DNA of 64,000 nt. Source: an uncultured Acidobacteriota bacterium (GTDB taxonomy: Bacteria > Acidobacteriota > UBA6911). Position 1 is the stretch's first letter, and every line of letters starts with the position of its first letter. The stretch spans positions 416,001-480,000 of the forward strand of contig CAWJKZ010000019.1 of NCBI GenBank assembly GCA_963843575.1. Direction: 5' to 3'. The position numbers and the translations under genes are program-made. Of the stretch, positions 49,308 through 60,433 are shown piece by piece. The notes beneath the pieces were generated by a model that saw only the letters and a list, made by a program, of their open reading frames with translations, had not been told where the DNA came from and did no database searches.

Positions 49308-49405
49308 GATTTTCAGCGCGCCCGGGCGTTGGGACTATAATGGCGGGCCAGTGGCGCCGGTCGGGCGCCGGCATTCATTCCATCAATCTCGAGCAGGAGG
49401 AACAC

Positions 49406-50761
49406 ATGTCGGGAACGGGCGATTCGGTGAATCGAAGAGACTTCATCAGGAGTGCGGCGGCGGTGACGGCGGCGCTGGGCATCGCGGGGCGCACCGGGAT
49501 CTCGGCGCAGCGTGCGGGCGTGTCGCGCCGGGTGGTGGGCGCAAACGATCAGATCAACCTCGGCATCATCGGGGTCGGCGGGCGCGGGACGAGCGTCGGC
49601 CGCGCCTTCGCCTCGGCGGGCGCCGAGCAGAACCTGTGCCGGGTCGTGGCGGTGTGCGACGTCTACCAGAAGCGCATCGACCAGAACAAGGAAATCCACA
49701 AGTGCGACGGCTACCTCGACTACCGCGAGCTGCTGGCCCGCAAGGACATCGACGCGGTGATCATCGCCACGCCCGACCACCAGCACGCCCACATGGCCAT
49801 CGAGGCCATGGACGCCGGCATCGACGTCTACGTGGAAAAGCCGATGTGCCACACCATCCCCGAAACGCGCCGCATGATCGACAAGGTGAAGCAGACGGGG
49901 CGCGTCCTGATGGTCGGCTCGCAGACCACCTCGGCCGACCAGTGGCACAAGGCCAAGAAGGCGATCGCCGACGGCGCCATCGGCCAGATGATCATGAGCC
50001 AGGGCTCCTACCACCGCAACTCCAGGGACGGCGAGTGGAACTACCGGATCGACCCCGAGGCCGGCCCCGAAAAGAAGGGCGCCGACTACATCGACTGGAA
50101 GGGTGTGGCTCGGCCCGGCGCCAATCGCGCCCGTACGACGCGGACAGGTTCTTCCGGTTCCGCAAGTACTGGGACTACTCCGGCGGGACCGCCACCGACC
50201 TCTTCTTCCACGTCGCCGCGCCGCTCAACATCTGCTGGCCGCAGCCGCAGTACCCCTACCGGGTCATGGCCGGGGGCGGCAACTTCATCTTCAAGGACGG
50301 GCGCGACGTCCCCGACACGTTCCACCTGATCGCCGACTACCCCAAGGGGCACTCGCTCGTCCTCAGCAGCTCCATGGCGAACTCGCAGCACATCCCGGGG
50401 CTCATCCGCGGCCACGAAGGCACTATCATCATGGTCGAGCACGGGCAGTTCGAGGGACGCACCGAGTACATCACGCTGCGCCCGGAAACGCAGGATCATC
50501 AGCGACGCGTACAAGGCCAAGTTCGGCGACAGCGAAACCAAGATCGCCGTCGACCGCAAAGACGCCATGCGCGCCCACGTCCTGAACTTCATGGAGTGCG
50601 TGCGCTCCCGCCAGAAGCCGACCCTGGACGTGGAGACCGCGGCCTGCGCGCAGGTGGTGATCAGCATGTCGGTGCAGAGCTATCGCGAAGGGCGCGTTTT
50701 GTATTTCGACGAGAAGAACTGGAAGGTGGTCCCGAAGGCCCCGAAGGTGATTTCGACGTAG
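49406..50761 (+). CDS. Tat-exported Gfo/Idh/MocA oxidoreductase; frameshifts near 50100-50130 and 50490
   Basis: NRRDFI, ATPDH, DVYVEKP. Colinear with the paralog at 44408-45742 across three frames. Confidence 0.88.
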
Positions 50762-50769
50762 CGGAAACG

Positions 50770-51046
50770 ACTGAACCACCCGCCCCGCCCGCAAAACAAG
50801 TGGGTCCGGGCTTCAGCCCGGACGTCTTTAGATTTGCCCTGTTTGGAGAAGACAGACGAACTCAATAGCGACCGCAAACTGGGTCCGGGCTGAAGAGGCT
50901 GTCCAACGATTGAACCACCCGCCCCGCCCGCAAAACAAGTGGGTCCGGGCTTCAGCCCGGACGTCTTTAGATCTGTCCTGTTTGGAGACAGACGAACTCA
51001 ATAGCGACCGCAAACTGCGTCCGGGCTTCAAGCCCGGACCCACTTG
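50770..51046. repeat. GTGG-REP cluster (locally duplicated ~140-bp unit), family 1
   Basis: Two copies of TGAACCACCCGCCCCGCCCGCAAAACAAGTGGGTCCGGGCTTCAGCCCGGAC..ATAGCGACCGCAAACTG. Confidence 0.85.
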
Positions 51047-51256
51047 TTTTAATGTGAATATCCTTCCCTCAATCACCCAGTTGTGTTATGACGGTTGCCG
51101 ACGGAAGGGAGCGATTCTCCTGAGTCGCTCGTCGCACAAGTCCAAATAGAAACAGAATCAAACACGGTTGTCGTGCTCTACCGTGGGGCGCGGAAAACCG
51201 TTCCCGCACCGCGCTAGAGCGGACAACCCACTTAGCCAATGCGAAGGAGGCAAGAA

Positions 51257-54200
51257 ATGTCGGCTCAAATCCTCCGTCGAGCGGCTGCGGCCTGTGCCCT
51301 GCTGCTCTTGCTGACGGCATTCGCATACGCACAGTCTGACAACTCGACCATTTCGGGCATCGTCAAGGACCAGACCGGGGCTGCCGTTCCGGGCGCCCAG
51401 GTGACGGTCACAAACGAGAGCACCGGCTTCGAGCGTCAGGTGACCTCGAACGAACGCGGTTTCTACACCGTGACGAATATTCCGCCTGGCTATTACTCGA
51501 TCAAGGTGGGGTTGGCGGGCTTCAAGACAACCACCAGCACCCGGAACAAGCTGGAAGCCGCTGTTCCGCTGGCGGTCAACATCGATCTGACGGTCGGCGA
51601 GCTCGCGGAGGTCGTCAACGTCGAAGCCACGGCAGCGCAGATGAACACCGAGTCTGCCACCGTCGGAAAGACGGTCGAGGAGACGCAGATCCAGAACATG
51701 GCGCTGAACGGCCGCAACCCGCTGTTCCTGGCGTTGTTGAAACCCGGGGTGCGCCGCGGCTCGGTGGCCGGCTTCAGCTACGGTCTGGACTCCGCCGGCC
51801 TGACGATCAACGGCGGCCGTTCCCAGGACTCACTCATCACGTTTGACGGCGCGGTCGGCATCCGCACCCGGGCCAACGGCACTTCGATCGGCACGGCCGA
51901 CGTGGACACCATCCAGGAAGTCCAGATTCTCACCGCCAACTATTCGGCCGAATACGGACGATCCGCGGCAGGCCAGGTCCGGATGGTGACCAAGTCCGGC
52001 GGCAAAGACTTCCACGGCACTTTGTTCGAGTACCTCCGCAACGACGCGCTGGACGCGAACAGCTGGAGCCGCAACCGCAACCAGGCCACCAACTTCGTCT
52101 CCCCGTTCCGTTATAACCAGTTCGGCTACAACATCAACGGACCGGTGATGATCCCGGGCGTGTTCAACGCCAGCCGCGAAAAACTGTTCTTCCTGTGGAG
52201 CCAGGAATGGGTGCGCCGCCGGGCGGAGGAAACGCAATTCCAGCGCGTACCCTCCCTCAAGATGCGCAACGGCGACTTCAGCGAACTGCTCGGTTCGAAC
52301 ATTTTTTACAGCGGCACGCGCACCATCACCGATCCGCTGACGGGGCAGCCGTTCGACGGGAACATCATCCCGGCGAGCAGGCTCAGCCCGAACGGGATCG
52401 CATTTCTGCGCACCTACCCGGAACCGAACGGGTTGTACCAGGGGAACAACAACTTTACCAAGACGCGTCCCAACTGGCAGAACCAGCGCAAGGACATGAT
52501 CGCGATCGATTTCAACCCGGCCCCGACCCATTTCATCAAGTTCCGCCACGCCAACTACGCGTACACGGCCCTCGATACCTTCCGGACAGGGTTCGACTAC
52601 GCCATCACCGACTGGTACGCGCCCGAACAAGACCGCCAGCCTCGGCCACACCTGGACGCTCAGCCCGACGACGATCAACGAAGTTCCTCGTCTCGGCTTC
52701 GGTGGACCGCGTGTTCATCGGCGTCGACCGCACGGGCGAGCGCTACCTGCGCTCGCGCCCCGGCATCAACTACCCGTACATCTTCCCCGAGCGCAAGGAG
52801 ATCTACGACAAGGTCCCGACCATCGAGATCCCCAACGTGGGCACGATCGACGGCGGGCCGTATCCGTCGAGCTCCGACCGGGCCCATCTATCAGGTCTCG
52901 AACAACTTCACCAAGATCGGAGCAACCACACGTTCAAGATGGGCGTCCTGTGGGAGCGTTCCGGCCAGAACGACTTCGACCAGATCAACGTCTCCGGCGT
53001 TCCGGGCGGCACCAACAACCAGAACGGCCGCTTCATCTTCACCGACACCCGTCCGGCGGCGCGGCAGCCGGCACCGGCCTGGCCAATGCCGCACTGGGCC
53101 TCTTCTCGACCTACGCCGAGATCGGCCCGCGCGCCTTCACGCCCTACCGCAGCCACATGTTCGAGTTCTTCGGACAGGATTCCTGGCGCGTCAACCGCCA
53201 AGCTGAAGCTGGAACTCGGCGTCCGCGCCACGTGGATGAACGGTTACTACAAGTCGCTGTGGGGCAACATCGCCGTCTTCCGTCCGGAGAAGTACGACCC
53301 GTCCAAGGCGGCCGTGGTGGACCGCGCCACCGGCAACGATCCTCAGCGGCGACCGCTACAATGGCGTCGTCATTCCGGGCTCGTCCTTCCCGGATGCCGG
53401 CAAGGGCCGGGTGCCGGCGATCGACAGCGGCGAGTACAACCGGCTGCTGTACGGGCGGCAGCCCGTACCCGTCTCCGAACCAGTGGAACGTCATGCCGCG
53501 CCTCGGCTTCGCCTACTCGCTGACCGGCGAAGGACGTGATCCGCGCCGGCTTCGGCGGCTTCGTGTCCCGTCCCCGGCGTGTACGACAGCGTCTTCCTCG
53601 GCGGCAACCCGCCGTGGCAGCCCATGGTTTCGGTGACGAACGGCATCGCCGACAACCCGGGCGGCGGTCCGCGCACGGCCTTCCCGCAGTTCTTCATGAC
53701 CGTCGACCCGGCGTACAAGATCCCGCACCGCCTACAACTGGAACATTACGTACCAGCGGCAGATCACCAACGACACGACGGTCGAAGTCGGCTACGTCGG
53801 CACCACCGGGACTCACCTCGGCCGCGAGCGCGACCTGAACCAGTTGCCCACCGGCACGACCTTCAAACCGGAGAACGCCGGCGCGAACGTCGAACTTCCT
53901 GCGCCCCTATCTCGGGTTTGCCAACATCCCCATGCTCGAGCACTCCGGCCGCAGCAAGTACAACGGCCTGCAGGTCGAAGTGAACCGCCGCTTCACCAAA
54001 GGGCTGCTCTACGGCTTCGCCTACACGCTGTCGAAGGCGATGGACAACAACTCCGGTCTGCGCGACGGCTTCATCGACGTCTACAACCAGGACCTGAACT
54101 GGGGCAAGTCCGACAACGACACCCGCCACGTCGTCGGTCATCAACTTCGTCTGGGAGATGCCGTTCTTCAACAAGAGGCACCGGCATCGCCAAGGTCGCG

Positions 54201-54704
54201 CTCGGCGGCTGGCAGGTCTCGGGCGTGATCCAGTTCCAGACCGGCGCGCCGTTCACCGATCGCCACGGTCGACGATTACCTCGGCATCGGCTCGACCAAC
54301 GACAAGCCGTGGAACCTGAACGGCGAGCCCGACCTGCCGCAGAAGTTCGCCAACGCGAACTGCCAGCCGGCAACTACACCGGCGTCACGGACTTCTGGTT
54401 CACCCCGACCGTCGACGGCCAGCCCTGGGCCACCAAGCCGGCCAACGGCACGCTGCCGAACCAGAACCGCAATTCGATCGGCTTCAACAACGTCGGCTTC
54501 CAGAACTGGAACCTGGCGCTGTTCAAGGCATTCCGCATCACCGAGCGGCCAGGCGTTCCAGTTCCGCGTCGAGGGCTTCAACTGGCTCAACCATCCGAAC
54601 TGGGGCGGCGTGGACACCAACCCGACGTCGCTCCACGTTCGGCATGGTCACCGAGCAAGAGCAGCGAGCGCAACATGCAGGTCGCCCTGCGGCTGACGTT
54701 CTAG
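51257..54704 (+). CDS. Oar-type TonB-dependent receptor; many frameshifts after ~52620
   Basis: G.V.DQTGAAVPGA, LNGRN, EV.ILT.NYSAEYGR, YNQFG..I.GP, terminal RNMQVALRLTF. Confidence 0.88.
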
Positions 54705-54707
54705 CTG

Positions 54708-54808
54708 TGGAGTGCGGCGCCTGGGCGCCGCTTTTGCTTAGTTCCTAAGGCCGGGATGCCCGGCGCCTAGGCGCCGGGATCAAAGCGGCGTCGAGCCGCC
54801 GCACTCCA
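54708..54808. repeat. GGAG-REP doublet, family 2
   Basis: Nearly identical over ~90 bp to 58059-58148 in the same orientation. Confidence 0.85.
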
Positions 54809-54810
54809 TA

Positions 54811-55408
54811 TTATCGGGCGAGCAGATACAGGCCGAAGGCGGCCAGCGCCAGCGGCCGACGCGCCGATCAGCGCCCGGTTGACCCGGTGCCCGAAGCTGC
54901 GGGCGCCGTGCGACAGCATCACCATCCCCGCCATGGCGGCGATCATCGTCACGTAAAACGAAGCCACGACCGCCACCCCGTTCGCCGGCGCCTCCCGCCA
55001 CCCCCTCAGCAGCATCGGCCCCAGCACCAGGCTCCACCCGAGATAGCAGTTCGGATTGAGGAAGTTCACCAGCGCCGCCTTGAGCAGCGTCCGGTCGCCG
55101 CGCGCGTCGTCGGCCGGCCCACGGGCGTCGTACGTGCGCCACGTGCGCCACGCCCCCAGCGCCAGGTAGAGGACGTACAGGCCGCCCGGGATCGACAGCA
55201 GCTGCAGCACGCGCACCGGCGTCCGGCTCAACAGCAGCAGCATGACGACCGCGATCGGGCCGTCGCTGATCAGTGGGGCGAAAATCGCCGGGAGCGTGCG
55301 GCGCCAGCCGGATTTGAGGGTTTCGGCCACCAGGTAGGTCGCCAGCGGTCCCGGTTGCACGGCCGCCGCGAACCCGTACGCGGCCCCCTGGATCAGATGT
55401 ATCAGCAT
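54811..55408 (-). CDS. LysE family translocator; frameshift in the last TM helix
   Basis: G..AAV.PGPL, GG.Y.LYLA and VN.LNP. The terminal ALAAFGLYLLAR* is in a shifted frame. Confidence 0.85.
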
Positions 55409-55423
55409 AAAAGAAGAGTGCAA

Positions 55424-56761
55424 TCACTCGCGGCTGGAGACGCCGTACTCCTTGAGCCGGTATTGGAGCGTCCGCAGGCTGATGCCGAGCTCCTCCGCCG
55501 TGAGCCGCCGCTCCCCCTTGTTGCGGGCCAGCGACTCCAGGATCGCCGCCTTCTCCATTTCGGCCAGCGACCCCGGACGCGCCGCGCCCGGGCGCGCCTC
55601 CGTCTGCATCGGGAGATCCTCGGGCTCGATCGCCCCCGACCGGGAGACGATGAGCGCCCGCTCGACGGCGTTGGACAGTTCGCGGACGTTCCCCGGCCAG
55701 TCGTAGCCGCGGAGCAGCTCCTGCGCCGCCGGACCGAGCGCCGCGGCGGGCCGCCCCATCCGCAGGGAAAACTTGCGCAGGAAGTGCTCCGCGAGCGGGA
55801 TCACGTCCTCGCGCCGTTCGCGCAGCGGGGGGATCGGGATCGGAAAGACGTTGAGCCGATAGTACAGATCCTCGCGGAACGTCCGGGCGGCGAGCGCTTC
55901 GGTCAGGTCCCGGTTGGTCGCCGCGATGACGCGCACGTCGACGCTGATGGAGCGCTGGCCCCCGACCCTCTCGAACTGCTGCTCCTGCAGGACGCGCAGG
56001 AACTTGGCCTGGACGTTCATCCCCATTTCGGCGACCTCGTCCAGGAACAGGGTGCCGCCGTGGGCGAGCTCGAAACGGCCCCGGCGCATCTGCGCGGCCC
56101 CGGTGAACGCCCCCTTCTCGTGCCCGAACAGCTCGGATTCGAGCAGGCTCTCGGTGATGGCGGCGCAGTTCAGGGCGACGAACGGCGCGTCCCGCCGCGG
56201 GCTGCGCCGGTGGATGAAGCGCGCGACCACTTCCTTGCCCGTCCCCGACTCCCCGGTGAGCAGCACGGTCGTCGGCTGCGCCGCGACCTGCTCGGCGAAT
56301 CGCAGGACGCGCTTGATGCCGTCGCTCTCGGCGACCACGTCCGACGGGAACGCCGCCTCGGTCTCCTGCTGGTGCAGCAGCCGTTCCTCGCGCAGCCCGC
56401 GGTTGTGCAGCACCTTCGCGACGGCCAGCCGCAGCTCCTCCGGGCTCTTGAGCGGCTTGATGAGGTACTCTTCCGCCCCGAGCTTCACCGCCTCGACCGC
56501 GGTCTCGACCGAGCCGTAGGCGGTCAGCACGATGACGGGGGTCTCCGGCGCCTTCTCGCGCATCCAGCGGATCAGCTCGATCCCGCCCACGCCCGGCATC
56601 CGCTCGTCGGTGATGACGAGGTCGAAGCTGCGGTTGGCGAGCAGCTGCATCGCCTCGCTCCCGTCCGCGGCGGCGACCACGGAGTAGTCCCGGGACAGGG
56701 ACCCGCTCAGCAGCTGCCGCTGCGCGGGCTCGTCGTCGACGACCAGCACGGTGCGCTTCAT
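55424..56761 (-). CDS. Sigma-54-dependent response regulator (NtrC/AtoC family)
   Basis: REC domain, GESGTGKE, ESELFGHEKGAFTGA, WPGNVREL and a Fis HTH. Confidence 0.95.
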   Translation of the reverse strand: MKRTVLVVDDEPAQRQLLSGSLSRDYSVVAAADGSEAMQLLANRSFDLVITDERMPGVGGIELIRWMREKAPETPVIVLTAYGSVETAVEAVKLGAEEYLIKPLKSPEELRLAVAKVLHNRGLREERLLHQQETEAAFPSDVVAESDGIKRVLRFAEQVAAQPTTVLLTGESGTGKEVVARFIHRRSPRRDAPFVALNCAAITESLLESELFGHEKGAFTGAAQMRRGRFELAHGGTLFLDEVAEMGMNVQAKFLRVLQEQQFERVGGQRSISVDVRVIAATNRDLTEALAARTFREDLYYRLNVFPIPIPPLRERREDVIPLAEHFLRKFSLRMGRPAAALGPAAQELLRGYDWPGNVRELSNAVERALIVSRSGAIEPEDLPMQTEARPGAARPGSLAEMEKAAILESLARNKGERRLTAEELGISLRTLQYRLKEYGVSSRE

Positions 56762-58038
56762 GGGTTCGCCTCGCGCGCCTCCCGCGGTTCGAGATCGGGC
56801 AGCCGGATGGAGCAGAGGGCCCCCCCGAGCCGTCCGTTGGCCAGCACGATGCTGCCCCCCAGAGCTTCCACGATCTGGCGCGAAACCGCAAGGCCCAACC
56901 CGGTGCCGCGCGTTTTCGTCGTGACGAACGGCTGGAACAGCTCCTCGGGGTCGCGGCCGCCGAACCCTGCGCCGCTGTCTCCTATCTCGACGAGGAGCGC
57001 GCGGCCGCGCTCCTCGCGCCGGGCGCTCAGCGAGACGCGCCCCTCGCGCGGCACCGCGTCCAACGCGTTCGAGAGCACGTTGAGCAGGACCTGCCGCAGG
57101 CCATTCGGGTCGGAGCGCGCCTTGAGCCCCGGCGGGACCGACGTCTCGAGCTCGACCCCGGCGACCTGCAGGCGCTGGCGTAACAGCGTCCGCAGCTCCG
57201 CGACCAGCTCCGCCACGTCGAATTCCTCTGCCTGCGTCCCCTTGGGGCGCGCGAAGTCGAGCAGGTCCGAGACCAGCCGTTCCAGCCGTTCCGCCTCGCT
57301 CACCACCGTGCGCATGGCCGCCTGCGCGCCGTGCTCCGGGGGCAATTCCTCCTGCGCCAGCTGCGTCAGCCCTTTCATGGCCCCGAGCGGGTTGCGGATT
57401 TCGTGGGCCAGCGCCGCCGCCATCGTCCCGAGCGCCCGGAGGTGCTGCTGGGCGCGTTCGCGCGCCTCGAGCTCGAGGAAGCGGCGGATCACGCGCAGCA
57501 GCAGCATCGACAGCAGCACCAGGAAGGCCACCGCGACGCCGGAGACCGCCAGGTGCACGTACGCCTGGTTCCGGATGAACGCCGCCCCCGACCCGTAGAG
57601 GCCGACGCGGAGCCGCCAGCCCGCGATCTGGGCGGTCGCCCCGGCGTGCTGCGCCCCGCGCCCCGGTACCAGCGGCAGCTCGGAGACGTAGACCTCCCCG
57701 GGTGTCGGTGCCGCGGCGCCCGCGTGCGCGAGCACCGTCCCCGGCTGGTCGACCACCTCGAGGTATGCGACCGTGTCCGCGTAGACGGGGTAGCTCTCCT
57801 CCAGCAGCGACTGCCAGAACTGCGCGTTGTTGCGCCGCCCCGGGCCGCGGGCCTGCGCCTCGACGGCCGCTGCGATCTCGCGGCCGCGGTTGGAGAGGTA
57901 TTGCGTGCGCAGCCGCAGCAGCGTGGTGAAGGTGAAGAGCGCGCTGGTCGCCAGGCACGCGGAAATCAGGACCACGGCGGCGACGAAGAGCCTCGTCGGA
58001 AAGGCACGCGAATGCTGGTCCCTTCGCGGAGAACTCAT
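56758..58038 (-). CDS. Two-component sensor histidine kinase
   Basis: Two TM helices, LAHEIRNPL, QV.LN...NA, D.G.G, F.PF.TTK..GTGLGL. Overlaps the regulator start. Confidence 0.93.
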   Translation of the reverse strand: MSSPRRDQHSRAFPTRLFVAAVVLISACLATSALFTFTTLLRLRTQYLSNRGREIAAAVEAQARGPGRRNNAQFWQSLLEESYPVYADTVAYLEVVDQPGTVLAHAGAAAPTPGEVYVSELPLVPGRGAQHAGATAQIAGWRLRVGLYGSGAAFIRNQAYVHLAVSGVAVAFLVLLSMLLLRVIRRFLELEARERAQQHLRALGTMAAALAHEIRNPLGAMKGLTQLAQEELPPEHGAQAAMRTVVSEAERLERLVSDLLDFARPKGTQAEEFDVAELVAELRTLLRQRLQVAGVELETSVPPGLKARSDPNGLRQVLLNVLSNALDAVPREGRVSLSARREERGRALLVEIGDSGAGFGGRDPEELFQPFVTTKTRGTGLGLAVSRQIVEALGGSIVLANGRLGGALCSIRLPDLEPREAREANP

Positions 58039-58058
58039 GGCAACGCTAGTGTATACCA

Positions 58059-58256
58059 TGGAGTGCGGCGCCTCGGCGCCGCTTTGCTCAGTTCCTGAGG
58101 CCGGGATGGCCGGCGCCTAGGCGCCGGGATCAAAGCGGCGTCGAGCCGTGCCGGCGGCGCCGAAATCGAAACGCCGCAATATGGAGTGCGGCGCCTGGGC
58201 GCCGCTTTGCTTAGTTCCTAAGGCCGGGATGGCCGGCGCCTAGGCGCCGCACTCCA
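58059..58256. repeat. GGAG-REP cluster (two tandem units), family 2
   Basis: TGGAGTGCGGCGCCT.GGCGCCGCTTTGCT.AGTTCCT.AGGCCGGGATGGCCGGCGCCTAGGCGCCG occurs twice. Confidence 0.85.
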
Positions 58257-58318
58257 CGCCACTTGTTTTGCGTCTTCCGGGTCGGCTATCCTAGCGGCAT
58301 ATCGAGAGGAGATTTCCT

Positions 58319-59695
58319 ATGCCATCTACCAGTCGCCGCGAATTCATCAAGCAGGCAGCGTTGAGCACCGGGGTGGCGGCCGCGCCGGCCGTGCGCGTTT
58401 CCTGGGGGCGCAGCAGCCCCAACGAGCGAGTCAACATCGGGGTGGTCGGCTTCCGCAACCGCGGGCGCGACCACTATCGCGCCTTCGCCGGCCTCGCCAA
58501 CGTGCGCGTCGCCTACCTGTGCGACGTCGATGAGCGCCTGTTGCCGCCGGCGGTCGACGAGGTGGAAAAAGCCGCGGGCTACCGTCCGGCGACCTTCGTC
58601 GACCTGCGCAAGCTGCTCGAGCAGAAGGACCTGGACGCCGTCTCGATCGCGACCCCGGACCACTGGCACGCGCTGCAAACGATCTGGGCCTGCCAGGCCG
58701 GCAAGGACGTCTACGTCGAAAAGCCCGTCTGCCACAACCTGCTCGAGGGGCGCAAGATGGTCGACGCGGCCCGCAAGCACAACCGGATCGTCCAGGTCGG
58801 GCTCAACCGGCGCAGCGAGGTGAAAAACCGCGCCGGCGCCCGCTTCGTGCACGCGGGGGCGTTCGGCAAGGCCTACCGCGCCAAGGCCGTCGTCTACCGC
58901 GGCCGCACCAGCGTCGGCCGCACCCCCGTCGTGCCGGTCCCTCAGGGCGTGCACTGGGACCTCTTCCTCGGCCCCGCGCCGGAGCACCCCTTCACGCTCA
59001 ACCGTTTCCACTACGGCTGGCACTACTTCTGGGAGACCGCCACCACCGAGGTCGGCAACAACGGCGTCCACGCCCTCGACATCCTGCGCTGGGGCCTGGG
59101 CAAGGACGTCCACCCGGTGAAGATCCACTGCTACGGCGGGTTCTACGAGGACAACTCGGACCAGGAGACGCCCAACCTGCAGAACGCCTACTTCGAATAC
59201 GCCGACGGCACCCTGGTCGAACTCGAAGCCACGACGCTCCCGAGCCCGTCGTTCGGCGGCGTCCAGATGGGCGAGTTCTTCTACACCTCCCGCGGCTACA
59301 TCACCTCCGCGCAGGACTGGAGCGCCGTCGTCGGCGACTTCGTCCCGGGCAACACGCCCGACCCGCCGTCGGGTGTCTCGCTGCGCGCCTCCAACCTGAG
59401 CTTCCCCAGGATCTCCTACAACCCGGGTCCCGCGATCCCGCCGCTGGAGGAACCGGAGGTGAGCCACTTCCAGAATTTCGTCGACTGCGTGCGGTCGCGC
59501 AAGAGGGAAGACCTGCACTGCGAGATGCTCGAGGGACACATGTCCACGGCCCTGTGCCACCTCGCGAACATCGCGTTCCGGACCGGCCGCAGGCTTACCT
59601 TCGACCCGGCCACCGAGACGTTCCCCGGGGACGAGGAGGCCAACCGCTACCTCACCCGCGAGTACCGAGCGCCGTTCGTGCTCCCGAAGGTTTAG
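58319..59695 (+). CDS. Tat-exported Gfo/Idh/MocA oxidoreductase
   Basis: SRREFI, ATPDHWHA, GKDVYVEKP and N.GVH.LD..RWG. Confidence 0.93.
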   Translation: MPSTSRREFIKQAALSTGVAAAPAVRVSWGRSSPNERVNIGVVGFRNRGRDHYRAFAGLANVRVAYLCDVDERLLPPAVDEVEKAAGYRPATFVDLRKLLEQKDLDAVSIATPDHWHALQTIWACQAGKDVYVEKPVCHNLLEGRKMVDAARKHNRIVQVGLNRRSEVKNRAGARFVHAGAFGKAYRAKAVVYRGRTSVGRTPVVPVPQGVHWDLFLGPAPEHPFTLNRFHYGWHYFWETATTEVGNNGVHALDILRWGLGKDVHPVKIHCYGGFYEDNSDQETPNLQNAYFEYADGTLVELEATTLPSPSFGGVQMGEFFYTSRGYITSAQDWSAVVGDFVPGNTPDPPSGVSLRASNLSFPRISYNPGPAIPPLEEPEVSHFQNFVDCVRSRKREDLHCEMLEGHMSTALCHLANIAFRTGRRLTFDPATETFPGDEEANRYLTREYRAPFVLPKV

Positions 59696-59778
59696 AGGAG
59701 ACATTTAACAAAACTCGCCACGGAGGACACGGAAAAAAGTCTTCGAGGTGAGCTTTACACCAAACCCAGGAGTTTCCT

Positions 59779-60285
59779 ATGGCACAGATCAGCTTCAAAG
59801 GCAGTCCCATCCACACCTCCGGCGCCCTCCCCGGCCCCGGTCAGGCCGCGCCGAACTTCACCGTCACCATGGCCGACCTGAGCGAAATGTCGCTCTCCGA
59901 CCTGAAGGGGAGGCGCGTCGTCCTGAACATCTTCCCCAGCATCGACACCTCGGTGTGCGCCGCGTCGGTGCGCAGGTTCAACGCCGAGGCCACGAAGCTC
60001 GAAAACACGTCGGTCCTGTGCATCTCGAGAGACCTCCCCTTCGCGCAGAAGCGGTTCTGCGCGGCCGAGGGGCTCGACCACGTGATCACGGCCTCGGAAT
60101 ACAAGGACGACAACTTCTCGCGCGCCTACGGCGTCAAGATGGTGGACGGCCCGCTGAAGGGCCTGTTGTCGCGGGCCGTGGTGGTGGTGGACGAAAGCGG
60201 GCTGGTGCTGCACGCCGAGCAGGTCCCCGAGATCACCCAGGAACCAGACTACGCCGCCGCCCTGGCCGCCCTGCGGACAAGGTGA
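59779..60285 (+). CDS. tpx: Thiol peroxidase Tpx
   Basis: NIFPSIDT.VCA.SVRRFN, IS.DLPFAQ.RFC.AEG and EI..EPDY. Confidence 0.95.
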   Translation: MAQISFKGSPIHTSGALPGPGQAAPNFTVTMADLSEMSLSDLKGRRVVLNIFPSIDTSVCAASVRRFNAEATKLENTSVLCISRDLPFAQKRFCAAEGLDHVITASEYKDDNFSRAYGVKMVDGPLKGLLSRAVVVVDESGLVLHAEQVPEITQEPDYAAALAALRTR

Positions 60286-60302
60286 CCGGAGTGGCATTAT
60301 CG

Positions 60303-60433
60303 CAAGTGGGTCCGGGCTTCAGCCCGGACGCCTTTTGCAGTCGCTATTGAGTGCATCTGTCACGATATGAAAGGGTTTTAAAGGCGTCCGGGCTGAAGCC
60401 CGGACCCACTTGGCTAAAGCCCGGACCCACTTG
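60303..60433. repeat. GTGG-REP doublet with stuttered end; inverted copy of the array unit
   Basis: Spacer GCCTTTTGCAGTCGCTATTGAGTGCATCTGTCACGATATGAAA is the reverse complement of the array spacer. Confidence 0.88.

Noticed and set aside
52600-54704. TonB receptor as a pseudogene or programmed frameshift target
   Set aside because: Dense single-base indels without in-frame decay, with similar indels in many unrelated genes, point to long-read consensus errors. Needs read polishing to confirm.
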